Source: Eledone cirrhosa
Taxonomy: Eukaryota
Length of the DNA stretch: 64,000 nt
Assembly (NCBI GenBank): GCA_964016885.1
Contig: OZ024741.1
Location: 388,802,001 to 388,866,000 of the forward strand
Direction: 5' to 3'
In this document: in pieces, positions 36,101-49,499 of the stretch
Layout: each line of letters starts with the position of its first letter
Numbering within the stretch: position 1 is the first letter of the stretch
Program-made: the position numbers and the translations under genes
The notes under the pieces: model-generated
Seen by the model: only the letters and a program-made list of their open reading frames with translations
Told to the model about the DNA's origin: nothing
Databases searched by the model: none

Positions 36101-37721
36101 TAAGATTTTACAATTAAAAAATATAAGGAAAGTATTTTTTTTCAGCCAAGAATTTAGCTTTCTTGCCTTGATACAAACTAGAACTGCATTATATTAATCT
36201 TATATCATACTTTAGTTTCACTATGGCACTATCTATCATCTCTTTTTACTTTGTTCAGTTAATATTCACCTGTTATTTTTATCTAATACATTACCCTTTC
36301 ACCTTTGCAGCCATTGACAATCATGCTGCTATAATTAACTCTGAATAATTTCCAATTTCTCAGCAGCAATCCCAGAAATCAATAGTTTTAATTAAGAAAT
36401 AAACAACAACTCGATCATTATATGGAAGATATTTTCAGGTGTTTGTGCAGGTGGAGGTACCTACTTAAGGAAGTAGAAGACCAAGGCAAATGCTGGAAGA
36501 AGTGATATTTGTAAAATAGATTTGTAAGATATGAATTCTGTTTTGTGTTCCAAACAGCAGCTTCATAATGGAGAAATAAATTATTTTACTAAATACCTCC
36601 AAATTCTTGTTGGTTATTTAAAAAATTGATTGATGTCTATGGATAATGTATTTCACAAGAAATATGATAATCAAAGAGTTAATTTTACACATGGAAATAT
36701 AAGCAAAGGAGTAGTATTAAAGAAATTGAACCCACAAACATTTCTGGTAAAAATGTGTTGTTTCTGTAGTGCAAAGGGCCAACCTTGTAGCACACTCTCA
36801 CACCGAATCTCCCTGAGAGTTACGCTAATGGTGTATTTGTCTGTGAAATATCCAGCCACCATCAATCTGTTCTGATCAAATAAATGGAACACTCATCGTC
36901 GGAAGGGATCGCAGTCCAATGCACACACACACACTTTAATGATATTACCTCTTCATTGTTTTCCAGGCTAAACATTTTCTATTGTTTCAGTAATAGTTGG
37001 TTCTTAGAATGGTACAGTTGAGGTTGTGGAATTAATGGAATGTTCAGAACATAGCTTGATTTCTCTTTTTAATCATATTTTCCTTTATTTATATACTTTT
37101 AAAAAATTCTTGTCATAAATCGTATTTCTATATATTTGCTTGAAACATACTTTAATAATCTAGTACTTCCTTTATAGCCACTTCACTAATTTAATAAATT
37201 CACTAGACAGTGAAATTTCCTTTTTAAAATGAACTTGAGTCACAGGAAACACTTCTGTATTTCTTTCTTTTTTTTTCCCCAATTACTACTTTTATCCTTC
37301 TTTTCCATGGTAGTCCTGAATAATATAAAAGGAAACTATAGTAATTTAGGATATGATTCGGTAAAGAACAAACCAATTATCTATGAATTATTGTTTGCTG
37401 TGTCCTTAGTATTGTTTTCCTTGTGTTGAATTCTGTAGAGTTAGTTTAGTTCCTATGCCCATCAGCAAATATTTCTGATAGTTTGATGAAATTCTTCAAA
37501 TACCTCTTGAAAGAAAATGAACCAGAAAATATTACAGCAAAGGCAGCATACAATTCTTTTTTTTTTTTCATTATTTAGAAAGGAATTTAATGATTATGTT
37601 ATTAGATCAAAGACCCAAAAATCATTAGACTAATTTGTTTCAAATGAATATACAAAAAGAAAAATGTTAAATTATTAAATATTAGAAATATTACAATTTC
37701 TACAATTGAGTTTAAACATCT

Positions 37722-37725
<4 letters not shown>

Positions 37726-37809
<84 letters not shown>
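37726..37809. repeat. (CT)n microsatellite
   Basis: Directly visible. Confidence 0.98.
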
Positions 37810-37813
<4 letters not shown>

Positions 37814-38929
37814 TTAGCTTTTAATCAATACTTATATTTTAAATAGATTTTCTCAAAATATGATTTTTTTTTAAAGCTCCAGTTGTACTTAAACTATTAT
37901 TTAATAACAGTACTGGATTGTTGAAGAAAGGTCAATTGATTTTGTATTTGTGACATTTTAAAATCTTTGGCATTCCAGAGGAATTGTGATATCGGATTGG
38001 TGTAGTTTCACAATATAGATCATGAGAACTAAATGCATTCCAATGAGATGAGGAATGATTGAATGAGTGACAAATGGCTGTCAGTCTGATGCTTGGTAGT
38101 AGTTGTGCTGTTAGGGTGATAGTTGCATAAGCAACTTAATTGGAAAATATCTGCAACTATAATATTGCTTCAAACTATAAACAATTATATTTATAACATT
38201 TCAATGTGTTGAATTTTATTAAGTATATTAATGTACCTTTTTCTAAACTGTTTAACATTTTTTTATTTTTTTAAATATACTTGCTTTTGGAATTTTTGCA
38301 TTATTTCAAAGATGCCTTTTTACATGGTTGACCAAAAATAGCTATATAGAGAACACAGTGTTTTAATTTGAACTTTTTATTTATTATTTTTATAAACTAT
38401 TTATTAAAATAAACTCTAAATATAGTTATTTTCCTTTTTGAAATGGAATATAGACAGGTTATTAAATTGATTCCTAGAGTATTTTATAATTTCGGTATTT
38501 TAAATAATTATGGATAAAATTATGTTTGCTTTAAAGTATCATTTTAAAATAATTAATATAAATAGATTGACTGTTGATTATTCTGCTTAACAGACTATTA
38601 ATCTAATGCATCAAACAAGATTTAGTAGTTATATGTAGTAAATGTTATTGTATTAATTTTGTAAAAAAATACTTTTTTGTACAGTTTCTAGTTTTGATAT
38701 TTAATACTGTTGGTATTTACTCTAGGACACTGATCGAGCAGACCTATAATAAAGGTATTCTGTCTGTGACCCTCCTGTCATCACATATCCTCCACCCTGA
38801 AGATTGTGGAAGTTAGGGTGAATGTTTTCTGTGATGTAACTGGAAATACCACTTTTTAAAAAAATTCTATTACTTCATATAAATTTTCTTCAAATTGAAT
38901 AATTCTTTAACTGTTAAGGAAAAGTCTTA

Positions 38930-39712
38930 CCATATATACTCATGTATAAGCCAATCCAAATATAAGCTGACCCCTATTTTGTTTGAGAAATGGGTAAAAA
39001 TCCAAATTCCATTTATAAGCCAAAGCAGCTAATCAACACAGTATGTTTATGTGGTGCTGTTTTCACTCCTAGGAGTGAATATTTTTGATATCATAAATGT
39101 TTTTAAGTGTCTTTTAGAGTAAAGTTTTTGTTTTACAACTTCATTACATGATCATTTTTTACCATTTCATCTATTTTATAAAGTTCCAACAAGTTTTTCG
39201 AATTATCAACAAATAACAATAGCACCTTCTTCTGAAGGTAGCAGGTTTTTATTTAAAATACAAATGAAATGAAATGCATGTATGTATACAATAAATATGC
39301 ATATATATTTGTATATATACATATATATAGTCTGTTTACATTTATGTGGTATACTCTGTTTATGTCAATGTATGATTAGGTTTGTGCGTGTTTGGAAGTT
39401 TTTATATTTATCGAAACAATGACAAGATGTGTGTGTGTTCCTTCTAACTTCTATAAGATTGCCAATTTGAAAATGTATTTTCCAAATGTGTGCATTATGA
39501 GTATGATGATAAAAGTTTTTTTTATATTTTCAAATATGGAAATTACTGGAAGCATCAGTAAGTATCACTCCAGATATTTTGGTGCCTTTCTATGTAAATG
39601 TCGAAGTTAGTGGAGATCGGCAAAGTATTGACTTCAGATATATATTGCTCCTCCCCCCATATTTTTTTTTATTTGTCATATATTTTCTCGGCTTATACAC
39701 AAGTTTACATGG
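38930..39712. mobile_element. Tc1/mariner-superfamily (Tc2/pogo-like) non-autonomous element
   Basis: TA|CCATATATACTCATGTATAAGCC ... GGCTTATACACAAGTTTACATGG|TA. Confidence 0.7.
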
Positions 39713-41174
39713 TAGTTACTGGAATCCTCAAAGCTTTTAACATTCAATGTAGGATCCTACTTTTGCCTTCATTTTAAAATAAGAAACTACTAAATTCTGA
39801 AGTTTAGATCTATCATTTAATTCTTGATTATTTCAATACCAGTATGTTCTGATATGGATAAATTACATGCATGGACTGTGTGCAAGTTGACAAACTTTAA
39901 CCATGTGAATATCCTCCTAATAATTAATAAAAACTTTAGAGTATAAAATAGTAAATTAAAAAGGAAGATAAAACTAGAATTATTAGAAAAAGAGTTATTA
40001 TATCTCACATCTATATAGTTTTAGCTGACCTTTTACAAGGTTGCATAAAAAGACCCTCCCTTGGACCAAATACCAGTCCCTTACAGTGGTTAACACTTAG
40101 CTGGGACTGGTACTCATTTTTTAATTTTCAACTAAGCAGACCGGAGAATGTGAAATGTCTTGCTCACAGATACAATGCACTACTCATTCCAGGAATCAAA
40201 CCCACAACCTTTTGATCATGAGTCCACCATCCTAAAGTCTTTTATGATGACAACATTTTCAGCCATATTATTGTCTGCTGTCTTTCTAGTAATTCAACAT
40301 AAAACATTTTGAGCATTTCAGGTCTATAGCTTTTGTGCTTGTCGTTAGAAAATATTAAAAAAGTAGATAGACTACTTTTGAAAACCATGAAATATTATAA
40401 TTGACAGTATCTTATTCTTGGTGTGTTTTGTTCATGCGTTATGCTTTAGTTACATACACACACATCTACACATAAATACATAAACAGATACACAGACAAC
40501 AGAAGTGCAAACACACACACACATCCCATACATATTCATAAATAGACACATTATACAAAATAATTATTACATACACACACATGTATGTAATGATTGAGGA
40601 AGGAAGAGGCTGGTGAAATGCTATAGTGATGAACGTTCTAAGATTAGCTACACATGTGAGTGTGTGTGTATGTGTGTACGTTTGTATGTGTTTGTGTGTG
40701 TGTTTATATTTATATACTCATACATATAAATGTATACATACACATACACACAATTGTAATTAATTGATGTGTGTATGTGTACAGAGACATGAGAAAATGA
40801 ATGAAAAACAGAGGTATATCATTTTAGAGCAAGGTAGACTAAGACAACAGGAGAGAAGAGATAATATACAAGACAAACGTCTCTTAAATAGCTCCTCTTA
40901 ATTTTTTCGCCTGTGGAATTTCCATGGGTCCCGCTAGTCTTGAATATTTCATGATATTCAAAAGTAGTCTATCTATTTTCTTTATATACAATATTGTGTC
41001 AATTATAGTATTTCATGACGAAGGTTTTTTCACCAATACACATTAGAGTAGAGAATAGTCTTTGAAATTTACTTTAAGAGATCCCCTTATTTGGCTTAAT
41101 CAAGGAATACACCTGCTAACATCATGTGTACTGCTAAAATATTCGTCCCTTGGGCATGTTTGAGTTATTATGAA

Positions 41175-41445
41175 GGCATGCAACCTATGGTTAGGGCGTT
41201 GGGCTCACAATTGCAATGTCGTGGGTTAAATTCTTGAACCAGGCAACATGTTCTTGAGCAAAATGCTTGACACTGTTTCTGTTTAATCAGCTGAAAATAA
41301 GTACCAGCAGCTGGGTTGGAGGGGGTAAACCTGTGATGGTCTGGCATCCCACTCTGGGGACAGTCTTCTATTCATAGTCGCTTGACACCAATGGAAACAG
41401 GGTAAACTCAGGCCTTGTGGGCCTCTAGGCTTGGGGAAAACTTCA
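41175..41445 (+). mobile_element. tRNA/CORE-type SINE with a third type of 3' tail
   Basis: tggttagggcgttgggctcacaa...ttcttgagcaaaatgctt. The tail aacctgtgatggtctggcatccc...gaaacaggg is related to 49030-49280 (-) and 50730-50975 (-). Confidence 0.6.
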
Positions 41446-42169
41446 GTTGTATTCGTCATTGTCTGCAGATAGTTTGATAAAAATCTATTATACTCTCATG
41501 ATGTAGCATTTTTCAAGATTGAATTCTATCAAGCAATATTTTTTCCTCTCGTAGCCAGAAAATGATATTCCTTTTGTCAAATAGAGAAGTCAATAACAGA
41601 TTTGATCATAATTCTAAAGACAAGTTTTCAGTTTTGTTGAATTGAATAGAGAAAATAGATTCATAATTGTGCCCAGAGGTTCTGTCAATTCAAAATTTGT
41701 GACTTGTAAATTTACTTGCCTCTGGCTATCATATTTTGATTTATATCTGTGAGAAAGATTTTAGCTTTCACCTTAAATTTTATTGTATTCTAGTTTCTGG
41801 TATAACTTTTAACCATCGTATTATATTTTTTATTGCAAGATACTGCTTATGACTTTCAATTAATTTTGAAAATAATTAAGTGTGGAGAGTCTTAGTAACA
41901 TAATTAACTTTCTCATTGTCAAGCTGGTGTTTGGAATATAATCTAACAAAGTTTTTTAGATAAATTTATGATGGAAAGATTTTAGATAAATATAATCATT
42001 TTAAAATAAACAGTCTTGTATCAAATAACCAGTGTTGATTTTAGGCAGTTATGTATAAAGTGTTAATGGTTCCTTGATAAGCTTTGACAAAATCAAGATA
42101 CCTACCATTCATAGTTGGAGTTCAACAAAGTAGAAATATTAAGTTATACAGTCTGTTAGAAGGCTCAAA

Positions 42170-42375
42170 GGCTTGTGACTTAGTGGTTAGAGAATTGGAT
42201 TCATAATTGTGAAGTTGCAAATTTGGTTCCTAGACTGGGTGATGCATTATGTCCTTGAGCTAGACACTTTATTTCTCATTGCTCCTTCTGCCAGGAGTTG
42301 TGACTGGTAGATGTTATAAGCAATTGAAAGACCAGTGGAAACATTGTTTCTTTGGTCTGATTTGATGATCAATTC
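42170..42375 (+). mobile_element. tRNA/CORE-type SINE related to 9626-9900
   Basis: tagtggttagagaattggattcataattgtga...gtccttgagctagacacttt...aacattgtttctttggtc. Confidence 0.7.
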
Positions 42376-44947
42376 CTTTTTATATAGTCTATTATTTAGA
42401 AAATTGATTCAACAAATAACACAAAATATAGTTTCAGTCTTATAATTTGTAATGCTTTATAACTCTATTGATACCAAACTGCCTGAAACCAGCCTAGATT
42501 TATGTTACAAAACTGCTCATTTTAAAATCTTTCATCATAATTTTATTTTAGATATTGTAGTTAAGTAATGTTCTAGATATTGGCTTACTAATGGAAAACT
42601 TAGTTATTTTATTACATTCCTCCAAATGTATGGTTATATATTTCACTAGAAATATGGTAATAAAATGGTTAATGTTATTTTTAGATCTGGGTATTAATCA
42701 ACTTGAAGATATATGTGCGCATATTGAGGCATGTTAATAATTTTAACATTGAAAGAAATATTGCTAATTGGCAGTTACACACTACTAGATAAGGCATTAT
42801 AAATAAATTGTTGGATTTTTATTCAGAGGGAAGGGTGTTTATGAAACTTTATTTTACTAAATGCATTTCATCTATAGATTTAATTGTGAGACATATTTTC
42901 ATGAAAGATTTTCTTAATATTCTGATATAGCTGAGTTTATCCCCCATTAACTGACTTCTCTTTAAAAAGTTCATCCCTCCCATTTTGTGTGTACATGTGT
43001 GTGAACATGTTTCTATTTAACTATTTTGATACCAAAACACTTGAAACCACTACTTTCTCATCAAATTGGTGTTTGGATCATAAAATTTTCTTCCATAAGA
43101 TTATGATGGGATGATTTAATTTAAATATGAACTCTTTAAAAAAAAAACAGCTTTGAATCATAGAACCAAGGGTAGTCTGGGGTAGTGTGGGATCAGAAGG
43201 GGTTAAAATAAATGCATTGTCAACATTATTTCTTATTTCAAATGTAAATAATTCTATATTTTTAATTTAAAATATTCTCATTTTATGTAAACCTTATGGC
43301 CATTTGCTGCCAGTAAAACTGAAATAATCAGTGCAGTTTTAGTCTCTCATACATCAAAACACATTGATTTTTAAATCATGTCAATGTAAATTTCAAGGAA
43401 CATTTTGTTAAATTCAATATTGCTATTAATTCCTAAAGTAGTACAAGTTCAGAAAATGTCTGATTTGCATTAAAAAGTGACTAAAAATATCTAAATTGGT
43501 ATTTGAGCAGATACTAACATCATTTTAATTTTGAAGTTAAAGACAATATTTGTTAGGTAGTGAATCGGTTGGATTTTCAATTGGTAGCTCATGTGTAGCA
43601 TACTATTTTAATTTAGATGCAATTTGGATTTAATAAATATATGATTATGACATTAGCAAATACTTTTTTTTATCAATATAAAGAGTGGTGTGTTCATGCA
43701 TGGAGATGCTATGAAATAGCTTTTAAAATAGGGTGGAGACTCTTAAAGACTGTAAAAAGAAGTTGCCATCAGCTGCTACAAGGAATCAAACCTTATATCT
43801 CCCAGAAACCAGCTAGCTGTGCTTTGACTATTCATACAAGATATATATACAAGCTTGTGTTTAAATTTGTGTGGTCTTAGACTACTAATGAGATTAAGAA
43901 ATGCAGATCAAAAGTACTCCACAAAATAAATTTACTTGAGATTTTTTTCTATAAATTCATATTATCTTTTTAGTAACTTTTAAGGATAAATAATTATTGA
44001 AGAACAATAATAAAATGAATTGTAAATAATTTTAATTTTGTTATTCTTGAGTAAATATTCAGCATTGTATTGTGCTAAGCTTTAAAAACATCTTTTTTTT
44101 TCTTTTCCAAAAAACGTTTCAATGATTTTACCATCAGTTAAACAGGGAATCTCTATTTGTAAGCCTGTATTTTTTTCAGAAACCACATGTGGATGTTGTG
44201 TAATCTCTATTCGAATACCTATTAATTTGTTAAAGTAAAAGCAAAGAATAATTGTTTGTCATGAGTAGTCTTTCATTATAATAGGAAGAACTGTGAGAAT
44301 GTTAAATATTTTCTCTCCTCATGGCAACTAACTTACAGTATTATTAGCTCTTACTGACACAGACCACAATTAATCTTTTTGAATTTTAATGATTACATTA
44401 TGTTAATTCCTTAACTTTTTGAAGACATCTAATGGGTAAACTTTTACTACAAGTATTTAATATTTTCATTTTTGTTACAGTTTGCATAAGTTCTATTGAT
44501 CTGTTTACTGTTTATTTGCCTTTCAAAGCTGGATTTTAAATGATTCGCTTTCCTTTAAGATGAAAAACAATTTGGACTGAAGCAAACATTTGGACGATTA
44601 ATATACATAATTAATTTATATATTCATTAATTTTAAAAATATATTCTGCAAACACAAAGCTTTTGTTTGTCTCTCTTTTCAGGCAAACAAACAATACTCA
44701 CAGCTTTTTCAAATTCTATTAGAAATTATTTAGTTATATAGATACTTTATAGTTCAGTTGTTACAGCTTAGTAGGTGCAGCAAACACAAGCAAGAAATAG
44801 GTTTTTGAGAGGTGTAGCTTTAGGAAGGAAGCATTGGCTAACATCCTTTGCATGGAGTTTAGTGAAGCTTGTGCAAGATGATGATTTTGGTTTCAGTGAA
44901 AGTGGTATAAGTAACACATCTAGTTCATGTATCATTAAAGTACAGTA

Positions 44948-45122
44948 TGGCAGTATCGGTAGAGGGTCGGACGCCATGCTTTCAAGCATAGTTACGTCCC
45001 TTTACGATCTGAGTTCAAATCCCGCCGAGGTTGACTTTGCCTTTCATCCTTACGGGGTCGATAAAATAAAGTACCAGTAATGCACTGGGTATTTGCTGGC
45101 GTTGTGCCTAAAGTAGAAACAA
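44948..45122 (+). mobile_element. Family A SINE, young copy
   Basis: Near-identical to 15209-15382. Confidence 0.9.
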
Positions 45123-45174
45123 GTATATATACATAATTCTTTTTGATTTAGGCACAAGGCCAATAGTATATATA

Positions 45175-45511
45175 TATCCCGTCCCACTAACCCCACCCCA
45201 TCCACACCACATCCTTTCGATGTAAAGTTATGTTGGTACCACAACATCCAGTCCTAAATAAATGAGGCCGTGTAGGTGTCACGACAAAAAAACACACAGT
45301 CCACGCTGTAATGTGGCCATGTAGGTAACACGGTAAAAACCTCCCAGTCCACACTGTAAACGTGGTTGGTGTTAGGAAGGGCATCCAGCCGTAGAAAACC
45401 CGCCAGACAGTCCTATGCGAGCAAGACAACCAATCTTGCCTCAAGTGGGAAAATTCCCGTCCAAACCCATGCAAGCATGGAAGATGGACGTTAAACGATG
45501 ATGATGATGAT
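45175..45511 (+). mobile_element. RTE family 2 3' UTR fragment
   Basis: Close match to ~9280-9622, with a (GAT)n tail. Confidence 0.85.
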
Positions 45512-45528
45512 ATGTATATATAAATAAT

Positions 45529-45905
45529 TGTTTCTACTTTTGTCACAAGGCCAGCAATTATCTCAGTGCATTACTGGTGCTTTATTTTATCGACCCCCGT
45601 AAGGACGAAAGGAAAAGTTAACCTTGGCGGGATTTGAACTCAGATCATAAAGGGCCATAATTCTATGCTGCAAAGCTTGGTGTCCGACCTTCTACTGATT
45701 CTGCCAATCCATTGCCCTGTATGTATATATAAATAATTGTTTCTACTTATGGCACAAGGCCAGCAATTATCCCAGTGCATTACTGGTACTTTATTTTATC
45801 GACCCCGTAAGGATGAAAGGCAAAGTTAACCTCGGCAGGATTTGAACTCAGATCAGAAAGGAGCGTAACTCTGTGCTGCAAAGCATGTTGTCCGACCCTC
45901 TGCCA
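45529..45905 (-). mobile_element. Two tandem family A SINEs (45529-45717 inserted at the tail of 45738-45905)
   Basis: TSD atgtatatataaataat at 45512-45528 and 45721-45737. Confidence 0.85.
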
Positions 45906-46294
45906 AATGACACACATTTACAGTGGGTTACTGGTTAATGTGTTGAAGTGTCAGTTGACAAAACAAGTAATGTTGTTCGTTTTCTAATGCAGTTGAGGAC
46001 TAATGTTTTATCTTATAGAAGAAAAACATTTTGTACTGTGATTTTGACTATATAGGAAAGATTTCTTTAATCAATTTATTTGCCAATACACAGTATCTGA
46101 ATAAAAAAGAACATTTGCCATCCACACCAAGTACTGGAGTTGATTTAATTTACTTGGTACTGGTGTCTTACAGATTCTTAAAGTAAGAGACTACAGCTGA
46201 GAATCCCAAACAAATCTTGTTAGTGTTGCTTTGTTGTAAGGGTGGATGACACTGCGTGTAAACCTAAATAGCCACCATATTCTTATTTGAAAAA

Positions 46295-46495
46295 GTGGGG
46301 CGGATTAGCAGTATAATTAGAGCATGTGCCAAAATGCTTTGTAGTATTTAGTTATGACCTTTTACATTCTGATTTCAATTCTCGCTGAGGTTAACTTTAC
46401 CTTTCGTCCCTTTGGGATCAATAAAATATAGTACTGGGGCCGATTTAATCAAATCTTCCCTTGTCTTAAATTTTTTGGCTTTGTGACTTAATTAT
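46295..46495 (+). mobile_element. Diverged family A SINE
   Basis: gggcggattagcagtataattagagc...gaggttaactttacctttcgtccc...ggctttgtg. Confidence 0.7.
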
Positions 46496-46517
46496 TGTCT
46501 TCGAAATACATAATGAT

Positions 46518-46890
46518 TTTTAATTTAGACACAAGGCCAGTAACTTGTGGGGAGGAGAAAGCCGATTATATTGACCCCAGTACCAGCTATTGCTGGTACT
46601 CATTTTCAGCTGAGTATACTGGAGCAACGTGAAATGAAGTGTTTTGCTCAAGAACACAACACGCAACCCAGGAATCGAGCCCACGAGATTAGGATCGTAA
46701 GTCCAAGACCCTTACCACTAGGCCACGTGCCCCCCTTTTTTTTTTTTTTTTTTTTTTAGTACTTGGCTAGTTCTTTATTTTATTGTCTCTAGAAGGATGA
46801 AAGGCAAAGTTAAACCTTGATGAGCCTGAACAAATACTGCTAAGCATCTGCCTGATGCTATAACGATTCTGTCAATCCACTTACTTGTCA
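46518..46890 (-). mobile_element. Composite SINE: family A head, poly(A), tRNA/CORE SINE, family A tail
   Basis: The whole unit is flanked by the 15-bp direct repeat gaaatacataatgat (46503-46517 and 46893-46907). Confidence 0.65.
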
Positions 46891-47173
46891 TTGAAATACA
46901 TAATGATGGAACAATACCATACATATCCTATAATAAATTGAATATATGACATGGCAATTATCCTATCTGATGTAGTGACACTAATTATGATTAAGGTAAA
47001 ATACCTTAGGAAAGTATACTGAATACTAAATGCAAATACAGTAAAGGGTCATATATGTAATAATAAATTGACAAACCTTTAATTAACAGAAATTATTTAA
47101 GTAATTAGTTGACAAAAGATTTCCTTTAATGATCACACCAACATACAGGCAATTATAGATCAACCAATAATAA

Positions 47174-48996
47174 CACTGTGTAACATATTTTTTGTTCCCC
47201 GATTCTAAGTGTCATTTCCTGGTTTGTTATATCCCATTATTATAAAAAAACACTATTATTTAATCAGAAGTTTGGGTTTGTGGTGAGCAGTTTGATATTT
47301 CGAAATTTTCGGCCTTGTGCCTAAAGTAGAAACAATTATTTAATCAGAAGTTTGGGTTTGTGGTGAGGAGTTTGATATTTCGAAATTTTCATATTTTTCA
47401 AGAAAAAACACATTTTTTAAAAATTTATCAGTTCATATAATTAAATCAACAGAGTATAATATATATTTATTTTATTACACAAGCTTATCAAAAGCAAACG
47501 AGTAAAAACAAATAACACTTATAAAGCAACTTATACACGTCAGAAATGACTGGATTTCCTGGATTTGCGGTTGTAGTCCAGGTCACATTCCTGCACTAGC
47601 CCCCAAATATAGTCCCCCATCATTTTTTCATTGTAGTGGCCCTGGTACCTCCGCTCTATCTCTTTCACATCTTGGTGGAATCGTTTGCCTTGTTCTTCTG
47701 AGTAGGCGCCCATATTGTCTTTGAATTTTTCCAGGTGAGCGTCCAGCATATGGAGTTTAAGCGGCATCCTGCATCCCATGGCGCCAAAAGCCTTTATCAG
47801 ATCCTGCACCAGTTGCTGGTAGTTTTCAGCTCTGTAGTTGCCCAGGAAGCCCTTAACAACTGCCTTGAAACAGTTCCATGCTGTTCTCTCAATCCTGTTG
47901 AGCTTATTGGAGAACTCGGTAGACTCAAGCACCTTCTTTATCTGAGGTCCAACAAAAATTCCACCTTTGATTTTGGCCTCAGATAACTTGGGGAAGAACT
48001 CAAGAAGGTACTTAAAAGCAGCTGATTCTTGGTTGAGAGCCTTCACAAACTGCTTCATCAACCCCAACTTAATGTGCAGTGGCGGCATGAGCACAATCCT
48101 GGGATCAACCAGTGGCTCCCACACGACATTCCAGGTCCCAACTACAAATTCTGTTCACTGCTCCCAGTTCTTTCTTTTGTAGTGGTGAGAGGTGGCTCTG
48201 CTGTCCCAAAGGCAGAGGAAGCATTGGAATTTGATAAAGCCTCCTTGGAGGCCAAGCAGGAAAGCCACCATCTTGAAGTCTCCAATGATTTCCCAATTGT
48301 ACTGGTTGTATTTCAGAGCTTCCAAGAGGACTTTCACACTGTAGTAATCTTCCTTCAGGCAGACTGAATGAGCTAGGGGCAGTGTCGGGAACTTGTTTCC
48401 ATTGTGGAGGAGGACAGCCTTCAAACTTGTGGTGGAGCTGTCTATAAATAGCCGCCACTACTTGGGCACAAACGACACCCCAATAACGTCAAACAGTCCA
48501 GGCACATCATGGCAGAAGCAGAGGCCATCGCTAAGAGTGTAAAAGCATGAGAAAGGTTTGTGTCGACTCCTCTGACTTGTCACCTGTACTTCCTCCTTGA
48601 CCAAGTTCCACTGCTTCATCCTGGAGACGAATGCTTAAAACACAACTTACCCTTTATTCAGGGTGCGAAAATCCAGTATCAATAAATCTCTTTAATCCAC
48701 TTTTTAACAATTTTATACTTTATTGCACTTTTATAATTTTATTTAGGTATTACTCTTTATTTTATAATCTTAATTTAACCTGAAACATATATAAAAAAAT
48801 CATTTAACATAAGCAAATTAAACTTACATACAACGTAAAATCCAGCATACAAATAATTCTAGTGAATAGCTTAGAATTTTTACAAACCCCAACTTTTAAC
48901 TGTTTAATAGCACTTTTTTTTATTTGGGACCTAAGCAACACAAAAAAGTGATTACAAGCCAGGAAGAGAGAAAAAAAATTTTTTTGTTACACAGTG
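47174..48996 (-). mobile_element. Chapaev3-type (CMC superfamily) DNA transposon, internally deleted
   Basis: 12-bp perfect TIR CACTGTGTAACA. 3-bp TSD TAA at 47171-47173 and 48997-48999. A transposase remnant lies inside. Confidence 0.85.
47540..48625 (-). pseudogene. Chapaev3-type DDE transposase, C-terminal ~360 codons
   Basis: One reading frame contains WRLFIDSS, KAVLLHNGN, GDFKMV, CFLCLWDSRA, PPLHIKLGLMKQFVKAL, LKLHMLDAHL and SEEQGKRFHQD. In-frame stops at 48458-48460 and 48155-48157. The N-terminus is missing. Confidence 0.85.
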
Positions 48997-49029
48997 TAAT
49001 CACTGAAATTTAAATCTGTCCCAAGTCTA

Positions 49030-49280
49030 GAAGCTCATCAGGACATAGCTGGTTTCTTTGGTGTTAAGTGACAAAATACAAGGCCCTCTCCTACATGCAA
49101 TGCCAGTTCCTCATACGGTTAACCCCAGCTGCTGCTGGCGCTCATTTCTTCTTAGCTGAGTGAACTGGAGCAATGTAAAATGAAGTGTATTACTCAAAGA
49201 TACATATAACCAAGTCTTGGAATTGAACTAATAACCTCATGGTTGTGTGTTGAACAGCTTAACCACTAAACCATGTGCCT
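49030..49280 (-). mobile_element. Diverged tRNA/CORE-type SINE
   Basis: agctgagtgaactggagcaatgtaaaatgaagtg...aaccactaaaccatgtgcct. A related copy lies at 50730-50975. Confidence 0.7.
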
Positions 49281-49499
49281 TTATTACACTTATACAGTTA
49301 CTGCCACCATTCAAGTTCATCGTCTAGACCTTAACTCAACAGCACCATTACTCTTATGAACTCATTTTCAATCTTAATATTCATCGTCTTTTGATCTTAA
49401 TCTTGTTAATTTTCTCCTTCACAAAAAATCATGGTTGAACCTCTGCTACTTGCTCATTATAAAGGTATCACATAATTTCCCTATTATCACTGTCAATTT

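Noticed and set aside
40358-41020. ~40-bp inverted repeats around a CA/TG-rich region with a nearby CTAG end
   Set aside because: It is probably an old MITE or Helitron remnant, but no TSD or clear boundaries can be defined.
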